Origin: Puccinia triticina
Lineage: Eukaryota
NCBI GenBank assembly: GCA_026914245.1
Contig: CP110439.1
Span: 2,728,001 to 2,792,000, forward strand
Reading direction: 5' to 3'
DNA: 64,000 nt
The notes beneath the pieces are model-generated. The model did no database searches. It was given only the letters and a program-made list of their open reading frames with translations, and was not told the DNA's origin. Each line of letters starts with the position of its first letter. Position 1 is the stretch's first letter. Positions 25,572-35,792 of this stretch are shown piece after piece. The position numbers and the translations under genes are program-made.

Positions 25572-28500
25572 AGACCGTCGGTCCAGCAATTGGCAGAGTT
25601 AATCAAGGGCCCCAAGCTCTGTCCAAGGGATCGACTTCTCACCCCTGGGCCCGCTCCTCTTCTCTTCTCAAATTTTCTGCGCCTCCGTCTTCCGTCTCTT
25701 TCCTCTCAGTTCAGTCTCTCGAAAAACATCAAGAAAATCAGAAAAACCTCAAAAACATCGCCCCAATTTCTTTCAAGTCTCCGATTCCTCAGTTTTCTCA
25801 GTTCTTCTCTTCTCATCTCTCAAGATCAACCCCTTCGGCTCCCCAGTCTAGCGCGAGGGAGGACATGCAGCATGGGCTTTCCGCGGGGGCACTAAAACCA
25901 AAAGTAAGTCCCCTCCATAGTATGCATCTCCGGGTAGATACTACCGCATCATCAAAAACTCTACCTTGCGCCACACTCGTGAGCCGTCCGCAATCTCTTG
26001 GTTCTGTGCCCAGGCTTTCGGAGGCGCAGCCATCCGATCTCCGTCTCTGCGATGAGAATAATCTATGCCCCGATCTCCGTCTCTGCGATGAGAATAATCT
26101 ATGCCCCGATCTCCGTCTCTGCGATGAGAATAATCTATGCCCCGATCTCCGTCTCTGCGATGAGAATAATCTATGCCCCGATCTCCGTCTCTGCGATGAG
26201 AATAATCTAGTTTTGTCTCAGGACACCCTCCGGGACGAGGTTAAACTAACGTACCTCCGGAATGAGGGCAAACAACTACCAAGCCTCCGGGACGAGGTTA
26301 AACTATCTACATCCGATTATATCCGCCTCCGAAACGAGAATAAACTAGCTTCCTGCCCGCAGGGGGCAGAGGGACGTGCGGGAAATCTTGGGACGATGCG
26401 GAGGTGTGGAGAAGTAGAAGTAAGTTCTCTCCAGTTATGCACCTCCGAGCTTGATGCTCCATCCTCGTCGTTAGCATTACATGCCACTGCTGTGAGCCGC
26501 CCCAAAGGTTCTGGTCTCTTGGCATCCTTAGGCAACACGGCGAGTCTGGACGGGTTGCTCCGCAACGAGCATAAACTATTCTCTTGGAAATTGGTGTGCG
26601 AGGAGGGCGAGGTGGAGTATAGTCCGCCGTGGAGGCAATTTGGGGTAGAAGTAAGTTCCTCCCAATGTGCACCTCCGAGGCGTGATGCTTCAAAAAGTCC
26701 GAAAACCCTACCACGCGCCACACTCGTGAGCCCCGAACGTGCCTTCTGTTCTTCCTTCTCAGAAAAGGCGGCGTTCGAAGACGGTGCGGAGCATCGGACC
26801 CTTCGTCTTTTGGACTGCGGCCTCAGTCATACGGCTCAGCTTGCCCTAGTGGACTCCTGGCGGGAAGGCGGAGCGCTCTCTTTTGCGGCCAAATACAAAC
26901 CGGTGGCCCGCAAGGTTAAGCCGGTCAATCAGCCAATGCCTCAGGATCTCAATCCCCCGCTCCAGCGGCCACCTCTGTCCCGGGACCCCTACTGCGGTCT
27001 GCCGCGGTCGCTCGCGGGCCCCTTTGTTCCTCAAGGGCGCGTCACCGAAGAGAGGCTAGCGGTGGTAAATTTCGGGCCGGCGGGCTGGTTGTACCCTAGC
27101 GAGCTCGACCTCATCAAGAATGTTCTGTCCCTCCGCAACCGTTCAATTGCTTTCCAGGAATCGGAGCGCGGGTTGCTCAAGGAATCTTACGGGCTGCCCT
27201 ACATCATTCCGGTCGTGGAGCACGAGCCATGGCAAAAGCGGAAGATCCCAATACCTGCAGCTAAAATGGACGAATATATCCGACTCATCAGGGAACGTAT
27301 CAGCACCGGGCTGTACGAGCAGTCCACGTCGAGCTACAGTAGCCCAGTCTTCTGTGTAGTCAAGAGTAATGGGAAGCTGCGGATTGTGCATGACCTCCAG
27401 CCCCTCAATAAGGTCACGGTTCGGGACGCAGGCGTTCCGCCCGCCACTGAAGAGTTTGTGGAGTCGTTTTCTGGACGAGCCTGCTACGGTCTTGGAGACA
27501 TCATGGGCGGCTATGACGAGCGCGCCTTGCACCCCATCTCTCGGCCTCTGACAACTTTTGACACTCCCCTCGGAAGGTTTCAGCTGACGCGGCTCCCTCA
27601 AGGAGCAACCAACTCGGTTGCTGTGTACCAAGCGCAGATGGTTTGGATCCTCCAAGACGAAATTCCCGACCATGCTGGCATTTTCATTGACGATGGAGGT
27701 ATTAAGGGCCCGGCCTCTGACTACGGCGACGCGTGCCTAGATTGGCATCCAGGAATTCGGCGTTTCATTTGGGAATACGCGGAGACTCTGGAGCGGATCT
27801 TGTTTCGGATCGAAGAATCAGGTCTCACGGTATCGGCGTCTAAACTCGCGGCATGCGTGCCTGCCTTGGAAATAGTGGGGCACGTTGTTTGCAAGGAGGG
27901 TCGGCGTATGGCGCAAACCAAGGTCAACAAGATCCTTTCATGGCCCACCCCGGTCAACGCGACGGAGGTGCGCGGGTTTTTGGGAGTGGTAGTGTATGTC
28001 CGGATCTTCATTCCTTGCCTGTCTCAGATCTGTCTCCCTCTCCGACGTCTGACACGTAAGGATGCGGATTTTGTTTGGACCGCGGACTGCGAGGAGGCGT
28101 TCAATACTTTGAAGCAGCTTGTTGGGCAGGACATCGTCCTCGTCAAGATCGATTACGGGTCCAATGCCGGTAAAATCAGCCTGGCGGTCGACTCCAGCTT
28201 CCACGCCGTGGGGGCGGTCCTCACTCAAGAAGACTCCAATGGGTTGGATCGGCCTGCGCTCTACGAGTCTTTGCTGTTCTCCGAGGTTGAATCGCGGTAC
28301 TCTCAGGCGAAGCTCGAGCTATGTGGTGTCGCTCGGATCCTCAAGAAACTCCAGACCCTTTTATGGGGTCAGCATTTCGAGCTGCGAGTGGACGCGCAGT
28401 CATTGATCCAGATGATCAACGCGCCTAGCCTTCCCAATGCCCCCATGACTCGTTGGGTAGCTTTCATCCAACTCTTCTCTTTCGACATCGTCCATCGCCC

Positions 28501-29920
28501 TGGAAAGGTCTTCACTATGCCCGACGGTCTCTCTCGACGGCCTCAGGGTGATGAGGACTCTGATCCCCCCTCTTCCGATTTCGACGAGGATGCCCCGGCT
28601 ATTCGTCCTCTGCACGTTTTCTCTGTCGACATAGATGTGGGCTACTCTGGGTACCAGGAGGGCTTCTGGCGTCAGATGGAGATCTTCCTGGCTACTTTGG
28701 TCAGACCACACGGGTTAAGCGATCAGGAGTTCCGAGCGATGAAGCGTCGATCAGCTGACTTCTTCTTACAAGCAGGGCGCCTGATGAAGCGGGCAAGCCC
28801 ACTTGCTCGCATCGTAGTCACCATTCCGGATCAGCAAGACTCAATCCTCGAGAAGCTCCACGAAGGACTTGGTCATCGCGGCACGGCCGAGACCTATCGC
28901 CGTGTCTCCGAGCGTTTCTGGTGGCCGTCTCTCAAGCAAAGCGTTGCGCGATGGTGTCAAAGCTGTGATGCCTGCCAGAAGAAGGATTCGAGGCGCCCCC
29001 ACGAGCCGCGCTATCCCACCGGGGAGGCCACAGTCTTCGGCCAGGTGGCTATGGACGCCGTGCACCTGAAAGCCAGCGGAGCAAAATACCTGATCGTGGC
29101 ACGCGATGACTTCTCTGGCTGGGTCGAAGCCAAGATCCTCAATAACCTGACGTCGGAGGCGGTGGCGACATTCCTGCAAGAGAACTGGACGATGCGCTAC
29201 GGCCTTGCGGGTTCTTACTCCACGGATGGCGGTTCAGAATTTGGAGGTGCCTTAGCAGAGATGCTGCGATCACTGCCAGGTCAGCACCGGGTCTCTACAC
29301 CCTATTATCCGGAAGGGCAAGGAATGGTGGAGCGCGGTCATGGGCCTCTCAAGTCGGCACTGGTGAAGCTAGCGGGCGAGAGCGGTAAAAATTGCCGTAA
29401 ATACCTGCCACTGGTGCTTTTCTCGGACCAAATCTCTACCAAGAGGACTACCGGCTATTCCCCTTACGAGCTGATCTTCGGACAACGCGCGGCGCTCCCT
29501 ATTGATCTTGACATTGAATCCTATCTAGGGATTGATTGGGAGGAGGTTCGAGATACCTCTGATCTATTGGTAGCCCGGTCTAGGCAGCTCGAGCGGAGCG
29601 AAGATACTCGACGGGTGGCTCATGAACGGATGATGAGATCTCGGGCGGAGTCAATCCGCTACTGGGAAGTCAAGCAGGCTAACCGACTCAGAGACCCGCT
29701 TTCACCTGGCGACCTCGTTCTTGCGTACAACCGATCTTTGGAGGTTCAATGGGGCCAACTTTTCGCTCACAAGTGGAATGGCCCATACCGAGTCATCAAG
29801 CAAGTCCAAGGCGGTTCGTACGTGCTAGCGGAACTAGACGGGACTGAGCTCAAGCGCCGGTTTGCGGCGGATCAGGTCAAGCGGTACTATCCGCGCGGAG
29901 GCACTTCTGACCAAAAGTAA
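25523..29920 (+). CDS. pol: Gypsy Pol (RT, RNase H, integrase), probably expressed by -1 frameshift
   Basis: RT KLRIVHDLQPLN/RLPQGATNS/FIDD, RNase H AVDSS/AKLELCG, IN HEGLGH..CDAC, D-D-E and GPY motifs. No chromodomain seen. Confidence 0.93.
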   Translation: MRSHPRGLLGGLGFFMKTVGPAIGRVNQGPQALSKGSTSHPWARSSSLLKFSAPPSSVSFLSVQSLEKHQENQKNLKNIAPISFKSPIPQFSQFFSSHLSRSTPSAPQSSAREDMQHGLSAGALKPKVSPLHSMHLRVDTTASSKTLPCATLVSRPQSLGSVPRLSEAQPSDLRLCDENNLCPDLRLCDENNLCPDLRLCDENNLCPDLRLCDENNLCPDLRLCDENNLVLSQDTLRDEVKLTYLRNEGKQLPSLRDEVKLSTSDYIRLRNENKLASCPQGAEGRAGNLGTMRRCGEVEVSSLQLCTSELDAPSSSLALHATAVSRPKGSGLLASLGNTASLDGLLRNEHKLFSWKLVCEEGEVEYSPPWRQFGVEVSSSQCAPPRRDASKSPKTLPRATLVSPERAFCSSFSEKAAFEDGAEHRTLRLLDCGLSHTAQLALVDSWREGGALSFAAKYKPVARKVKPVNQPMPQDLNPPLQRPPLSRDPYCGLPRSLAGPFVPQGRVTEERLAVVNFGPAGWLYPSELDLIKNVLSLRNRSIAFQESERGLLKESYGLPYIIPVVEHEPWQKRKIPIPAAKMDEYIRLIRERISTGLYEQSTSSYSSPVFCVVKSNGKLRIVHDLQPLNKVTVRDAGVPPATEEFVESFSGRACYGLGDIMGGYDERALHPISRPLTTFDTPLGRFQLTRLPQGATNSVAVYQAQMVWILQDEIPDHAGIFIDDGGIKGPASDYGDACLDWHPGIRRFIWEYAETLERILFRIEESGLTVSASKLAACVPALEIVGHVVCKEGRRMAQTKVNKILSWPTPVNATEVRGFLGVVVYVRIFIPCLSQICLPLRRLTRKDADFVWTADCEEAFNTLKQLVGQDIVLVKIDYGSNAGKISLAVDSSFHAVGAVLTQEDSNGLDRPALYESLLFSEVESRYSQAKLELCGVARILKKLQTLLWGQHFELRVDAQSLIQMINAPSLPNAPMTRWVAFIQLFSFDIVHRPGKVFTMPDGLSRRPQGDEDSDPPSSDFDEDAPAIRPLHVFSVDIDVGYSGYQEGFWRQMEIFLATLVRPHGLSDQEFRAMKRRSADFFLQAGRLMKRASPLARIVVTIPDQQDSILEKLHEGLGHRGTAETYRRVSERFWWPSLKQSVARWCQSCDACQKKDSRRPHEPRYPTGEATVFGQVAMDAVHLKASGAKYLIVARDDFSGWVEAKILNNLTSEAVATFLQENWTMRYGLAGSYSTDGGSEFGGALAEMLRSLPGQHRVSTPYYPEGQGMVERGHGPLKSALVKLAGESGKNCRKYLPLVLFSDQISTKRTTGYSPYELIFGQRAALPIDLDIESYLGIDWEEVRDTSDLLVARSRQLERSEDTRRVAHERMMRSRAESIRYWEVKQANRLRDPLSPGDLVLAYNRSLEVQWGQLFAHKWNGPYRVIKQVQGGSYVLAELDGTELKRRFAADQVKRYYPRGGTSDQK
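25562..25568 (+). promoter_or_regulatory. -1 ribosomal frameshift slippery heptamer T TTT TTA
   Basis: Lies immediately before the gag stop TGA (25569-71). The pol ORF overlaps in the -1 frame. Confidence 0.75.
26034..26209 (+). repeat. 36-bp in-frame tandem repeat, ~5 copies (PDLRLCDENNLC)
   Basis: ccgatctccgtctctgcgatgagaataatctatgcc repeated head to tail. Confidence 0.95.
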
Positions 29921-30096
29921 GTCCTCCCAATGTATGCACCTACCGGGTAGCCTCTACCGTTTGTCGTAAGCCCTACTTCATGCCACACTCGTGAGCCATC
30001 TTCGGGACCCTGTTTCTCTCCTCAGGGCTTTCGCGGCACCTCAAGATCAAGACGGATGAAGGGCAGTCTAGGGACAGACTGCAAGTGGGTGGTAGA

Positions 30097-30906
30097 TGTG
30101 GTGGCCGCCCCGGTACACGTTTCAGGATCAAGATTGGCGGCCGTAGCAAGACTCTCAAGCTCAAGACCTCACACACCCTCAACTTCAGGATTCCCTCTTC
30201 CTTTCCCCCTTCCCTTCTCTTCAATCCATCAATCTCATCTTCTCCACTTCTCTATTTTCTTTCCCTTCCCCTATTCATTCTCACTTTCCCGTTTTTCTTT
30301 TTTCTTGGTCCTAACACAGTATAACTGTGGGTTTATTTGATCTTGTTTCTTTTTCACCTGCTTGATTTATCTCCTTCAGCCTCATTTGGTTTCAGATATT
30401 TTGTCTTCTCATCCGGCTCTCATCATTGTCCGGCTCATTGTTCTTTCTTTGTTTGGTGGTGGTTGATTTATTTCTCTTCCTGGTTTCATTTGATTCTTCT
30501 GTGTCATGTTTGTATGTAGGGAGATGATGACATGTTTGTGACAGGCCTCCAGGATTCCAAGTCCAGCGCGGACTTGGAGGATAGGAGGCCATAGCATTCT
30601 GTACTGATCCAAGTCGGAGGCTATCAAATCTTATTGATCTGATTATTGATTCTTGCCGATCCAACCCTGATTCTGCGCACCAAGCCTCTGATCTTGATTC
30701 CCAATATCTTTCTGAGTTCACCAAACAACACCGCCGACGAGAATCATACTCTCGTCGTATCAAAACCACTCTCTCAAACCCAAACGCTATCCATTTCGAT
30801 CCCTTTTTTTTTCCGACTCCTCTCCGGACCACTCTAGAGGGCAGCTCCCCAGCATCTATCCCCCTCCCAGCGCTGCCGCCGGCCTAGCACCGGACGGAGC
30901 TCCATA
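30097..30906 (+). repeat. Gypsy 3' LTR
   Basis: Near-identical to 22164-22973. Preceded by purine-rich aagtgggtggtaga. Confidence 0.95.
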
Positions 30907-32058
30907 GCGGTAGCTTATGTTTTGGTCGGAGTTCCTCAAACTTACAACCAAGCGATGGCATCTGGAGAAGCTGAAGAATGGAGATTGGCAATCAATCTGG
31001 AGTTGTCTGCCATGGCCGATCTAGGTGTATGGGAAATAGTTTGAATACCTCGCGATCACGAACTTCTCGGTACAATCTGGGTGTTCAGGAAAAAGCTCAA
31101 CGAAGACGGCTTAGTTTCAAAATTCAAAGCCAGATTGTGCGCGCAGGGTTTGCTGCAAGCTGCAGAAGACATACTCCACACCTACACGCCGACCGGACGA
31201 TTTGCTGCACTTCGCACGGTAGTAACGGTTGGTTTATCCCGTGGGTATCAAGTTCACCAGATGGACGCCAAAAATGTGTTTCTGAACGGACATTTGGAAG
31301 AAGAAGTCTATCTGCGGGCTCCTCCTGGTCACTGTCTCCGTTTGAAGAAAGAAATCTATGGTCTTAGGCAAGCTCCGAGGGTGTGGTATTCGGCTCTAGC
31401 TGAATTTTTCAAATCCATCAATTTCAAACCTTCGCCGGCTGACCCTTCTTTATTCATAAGCAACTCGCCGTCGTGGGTGTGCTTCGTGCATGTATACATG
31501 GATGATATGGTAATTGTCAGCCCGGATGTTCAGTGATTCAAAGACTTGATCTCGGCCCGCTTCAAGATGGAAGACATCGGCAAATTGAAGCATCTCCTTG
31601 GCGTCAAGGTGGCTCGGATTGGGGACAAGCAACTATACCTGTTTCAGGAAGCCTATATTACTAAATATATTTGGAGTGAACCTTTGTTCACTCCAAAAGT
31701 GGAATAAATTGGAGTGTTCAGAAGTTCACTCCAATATTTATTGGAGTGAAAACTTTTGCACTCCAAAAATGAAGTATAAAATTAGGCACTCAAACTGTGG
31801 AGTGGAGTTCAACCCACTCCATGTTTTCTTTTGGAGTGTGGACCACTGGGCACTCCAAAAAAGTGGGGGCAGTGATTCCCATTGAAAAAGAGCAGATAAA
31901 TAGGCTCAGACTCACTGGAATATTTGGGGCCTAGTCTTAAGGAGAGGAATGCGAGTGTGGTGGAAGTTGTCTGTAGGGGGGAGGCAGGATCTCCAAAGGT
32001 CAAAGAATGACTTTGTTGTTGCTTGGAGTGCATGCATGTATTGAAAATAGGTGTAAAA

Positions 32059-32446
32059 TCCAGTATTTATTGGAGTGTACAGTAGTACACTCCAGTATTT
32101 ATTGGAGTGTACAGTAGTACACTCCAGTATTTATTGGAGTGTACAGTAGTACACTCCAGTATTCATTGGAGTGTACAGTAGTACACTCCAGTATTTATTG
32201 GAGTGTACAGTAGTACACTCCAGTATTTATTGGAGTGTACAGTAGTACACTCCAGTATTTATTGGAGTGTACAGTAGTACACTCCAGTATTTATTGGAGT
32301 GTACAGTAGTACACTCCAGTATTTATTGGAGTGTACAGTAGTACACTCCAGTATTCATTGGAGTGTACAGTAGTACACTCCAGTATTTATTGGAGTGTAC
32401 AGTAGTACACTCCAGTATCTATTGGAGTGTACAGTTGTACACTCCA
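32059..32446. repeat. 32-bp tandem hairpin array (~12 units) inside the right arm of the TIR element
   Basis: Unit tccagtatttattggagtgtacagtagtacac, containing the palindrome ggagtgtac-agta-gtacactcc. Confidence 0.95.
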
Positions 32447-32666
32447 CTTTTGGAGTGAATCTTTGTTCACTCCAAGATTTATTGGAGTAGACACCAGTTC
32501 ACTCCTTTTTCCGGAGTGCATGTAATAAATATTTGGAGTGCATAAAGCCGGCCCCAAAAATAATTCTCATTGAATTTTTCCTTTTCTATCATTTTAACTG
32601 AAATCAATTTTTATTAGTCTGAATTTCTCAGATATTGGCCACTCAGCCGTCAAGATCATCCAGAGG

Positions 32667-32945
32667 TGTGTTGATGAGATGTTGGTTTTCTTCATGTTGA
32701 GCCTGCAGCTTTGGTTGGAAGGCTGGCATGACAGGTGGGAGGGTGTAAACCCCCACCTTCAGTGTGGTTTCACAAGGACTATCACATGATTAGATAAGCA
32801 TCTTGTACTTAGTATTGCCTCTCTTCACTCCTAGTCCAGCAGAGAACTTGGACCCTTCTCTCTACTGGCTAGGTAAGCCTTTCCCCTTCCTCTAGTTGTA
32901 CTTACAGAGAACTTGGACCCTTCTCTCTACTGGCTAGCCCCCTGA
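32667..32945. mobile_element. Partial LTR-like remnant
   Basis: tgtgttga start; internal duplication of cagagaacttggacccttctctctactggctag. Confidence 0.35.
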
Positions 32946-33196
32946 AATCCAGTATACGTTGGAACTAGAAAGCTCCAAAGGCTCCGGCCTTGTCCCAACT
33001 CGCCCCTTTCCTCCTTGTCTCCAGTGAGGGTCCAGGGGAAGTAAACATTGAGGCCGGAAAATGGTGGCTGGTTGGATTGTGAATTGACTGGCCAACAAGT
33101 GGTTTATGATGTCATGGGAATGTGTTAGTTGATCAGCTGATGCTTTAGCTTCGGAGATATTGGTTCTTGCATTTGTACCTGGTTGCCGCTGTGAAA

Positions 33197-34373
33197 TAGG
33201 AGTGTGCCAAAGAAAACTCTGTTAGTAGGAGTGTGCCAAAGCACACTCTGTTAGTAGGAGTGTGCCAAAGCACACTCTGTTAGTAGGAGTGTGCCAAAGC
33301 ACACTCTGTTAGTAGGAGTGTGCCAAAGCACACTCTGTTAGTAGGAGTGTGCCAAAGCACACTCTGTTAGTAGGAGTGTGAAGCACACTCTGTTAGTAGG
33401 AGTGTGCAAGACAAGAGCACACTTGGTGATAGGAGTGTGCCAAGGCACCGTGATAGGAGTGTGCCAAGGCACACTCTGTCATAGGAGTGTGCCAAAGGAC
33501 ACTCTGTCATAGGAGTGTGCCAAAGCACACTGTTGAGTTTTTGACCGGAGAACCCAAAAAGGGGGCGGAGATGCGGCAAGAATATGCTGGACAGTGAGAG
33601 GAGGATTTTCTCACTGGATCGGCTCAAGGGCGGAAAAGGAGGGAGAGAACCAATGAGTTCATTACTCTGGACTAGGCTATGGTTATATAGACTATGTACA
33701 TGGCATCAACTTGTGGGTGAGAGAAAAATGAATAAAAAATGATAATGAATAAGAAACTTCTCAACTCATTGTAACATGTCAAAAGGTACATCAATATCCC
33801 CAGCAGAGAGTGCGCACACAAGAGGATAAGTCAAAGGATTTGGGAAAGTTTGACAAACTAATCTACGCAAGGAGCAAAGTCAACAAGGCTAGTACGGTGA
33901 GCAAACATGACCACTAAATACAAGCAGACCATAATATGTGGACTCATAAGTGTAGAATATCTTTGATCTGAAAACAAGCCCGTAGAGGAGGATAAAGTAG
34001 GTGGAGATGGTGTGAGGAGAAAGTGAAGGGGTTTTAGGGATGAGTGGAAAGACAGAAATTCAACACACACTCTGTCATAGGAGTGTACCAAAGCACACTC
34101 TGTCATAGGAGTGTACCAAAGCACACTCTGTCATAGGAGTGTGCCAAAGCACACTCTGTCATAGGATTGTGCCAAAGCACACTCTGTCATAGGAGTGTGC
34201 CAGAGCACACTCTTTCATAGGAGTGTGCCAAAGCATACTCCATCATAGGAGTGTGCCAAAGCATACTCCATCATAGGAGTGTGCCAAAGCATACTCCATC
34301 ATAGGAGTGTGCCAAAGCACACTCCCTCATAGGAGTGTGCCAAAGCACACTCTGTTAGGAGGAGTGTGCCAAA
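33197..34373. repeat. 28-29-bp hairpin tandem array (copy A), interrupted by a solo LTR
   Basis: Unit taggagtgtgccaaagcacactc plus a 5-6-nt linker (tgttag, tgtca, catca, cctca). Confidence 0.95.
33531..34065. mobile_element. Solo LTR (535 bp) inserted in array A
   Basis: cacac|tgttga...tcaaca|cacac: TG..CA ends, 6-bp terminal inverted repeat and 5-bp TSD. The array resumes in register afterwards. Confidence 0.88.
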
Positions 34374-35792
34374 TTGAGCTTTAAGAGTAGTGCGTTGAGG
34401 GATGATGATTTTTGGTTGGTATTGAGCCTCAAGAGGAGTGGGGCAACTCTTCAATTTTTCTCATTTGGAAAGGAGCTTCTACTTTTAATAAGGATTGTAG
34501 GTCTTACCCGTCCTTGCCTCGCAGTTAGTGTTTGTTTATAGATTTTCTCAAGTTATACAAGAGTTGGTGCATTGATAAATAGTCAAATGAAGGCAAAGAT
34601 ACACACTTGATTTCAACAAACTTCAAAGCAAGAAGCAATCACCGAGATATACGCAAAGGCATCGTGATCCGGCCTTCTCTATCAATGTGTCTCAGTAATA
34701 TTGGATAACATCTGTCCTAAATCACATGAAATGAAAAAAATCACACATAGATAAAAACAAGTAGACGCAATTACATCATGTTGTAATAACGGGGCTCACA
34801 ATAGCACTTTAGAAAAATGTTCCTTGTTTTGAGCACCAGTTAGAGTGCCAGCAGAATTCCCAACATAAATACTTCCTCTTCATCTGAATTGTGAATCAGT
34901 TTTGGATATTTGATTGTGCTGTGACAGGGAATGTGACATCCAGCTGGATGCGCACTATCAGACAGCCAGCGGGAGAAGCGGCGAGCAGCTGACTGAAAGA
35001 TTTCACACAACTAAGAGGAATTACTTGGTCAGACAAGGGTCAATCTAACAGTCTCAGAGACGTAGATAATGTGAAGAAAACAATAGATACCTAAGAGCGG
35101 ATCCCGGTCCGGCTCTGGTATAGAGATGAGATAGTAGAGAAAGGAACAGAAAGGACTGCAGTGCAGCTGAGACCACGCGGCTGTGGTTGGGACAGAGTCG
35201 TCTGGAGGGGAGAACTGCAATCATTGTCAATGTCTGGGCGACCCAGTTGGGAAGCTAGAGAAATCCAGTTTCTCTTACACGGGCTTGTTCAGCTTTATGC
35301 TTAACGCTTGCCAATACAAGTTGCAAGACTTTCGGGGCTGCTGTTGTCTGTTGGGTCATAAGACACACATTCAGCACCCAACATCTCTAGAAGACTCTGC
35401 AGCGATGGTCTTACCCGCTGTGGAAGGGCAGGTGATCCTATCACTGAGGCTGGGACCAAATTGGTCTTGGCTGGCATCGGAAGCAAGCGTGCTGTAACAG
35501 AGGAGATCTTCCTGTCAGCATCACTTGACCTAGCTATGAAGATCCCAGCATTCCTGGTTACCTTGAAGGTGATTTGGTTTGCTTGGGTCTCTTGGGCACT
35601 TCGTCGTTTGCTGACGTGGCTGAAGGGGAAGGAGCAGAGGCGACAGCTAAAGCTTAGTCCTCTGCCTGGGAGTCACATGCATATGCACGGACCTGAAGGT
35701 TGCGCGGGCTCACCTTGCCCCCTTGCGGGTTTAGGGTTGTGCTCCTTGCGCTTCCTCTGGTTTGAGTTTAAACCCAAATCCTGACACCGACG

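Larger units (their letters stand above)
22164..30906 (+). mobile_element. Full-length Ty3/Gypsy LTR retrotransposon (non-chromoviral), recent and apparently intact
   Basis: 810-bp LTRs at 22164-22973 and 30097-30906 with about 3 differences seen. TSD GCGG (22160-63 and 30907-10). Two long open ORFs. Confidence 0.97.
19070..31665 (+). mobile_element. Ty1/Copia retrotransposon: 5' LTR ~19070-19569, gag-pol 19640-22163 + 30911-31665, 3'-truncated and split by the Gypsy
   Basis: LTR with internal repeats, followed by ggttatgagccc. PR CYLDSGASHH, GAG-pre-integrase HRRAGH..CDSC, IN DLSG/DGGGEF/AERGN, RT KARLCAQG/QMDAKNVFLNG/YGLRQAP/YMDD. Premature stops at 19862, ~31042 and 31534. Confidence 0.93.
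18954..32555. mobile_element. TIR element (PIF/Harbinger-like, non-autonomous) whose ~110-bp TIRs bracket the Copia+Gypsy nest
   Basis: 18954 ggggccggctttatgcactccaaatattta... is the reverse complement of 32443-32555 (...aaatatttggagtgcataaagccggcccc). Flanks are taa and aaa, an imperfect TSD. Confidence 0.7.

Noticed and set aside
34500..35780. Possible small gene divergent from ALG7
   Set aside because: Only short ORFs; no recognisable motif or coherent exon chain.
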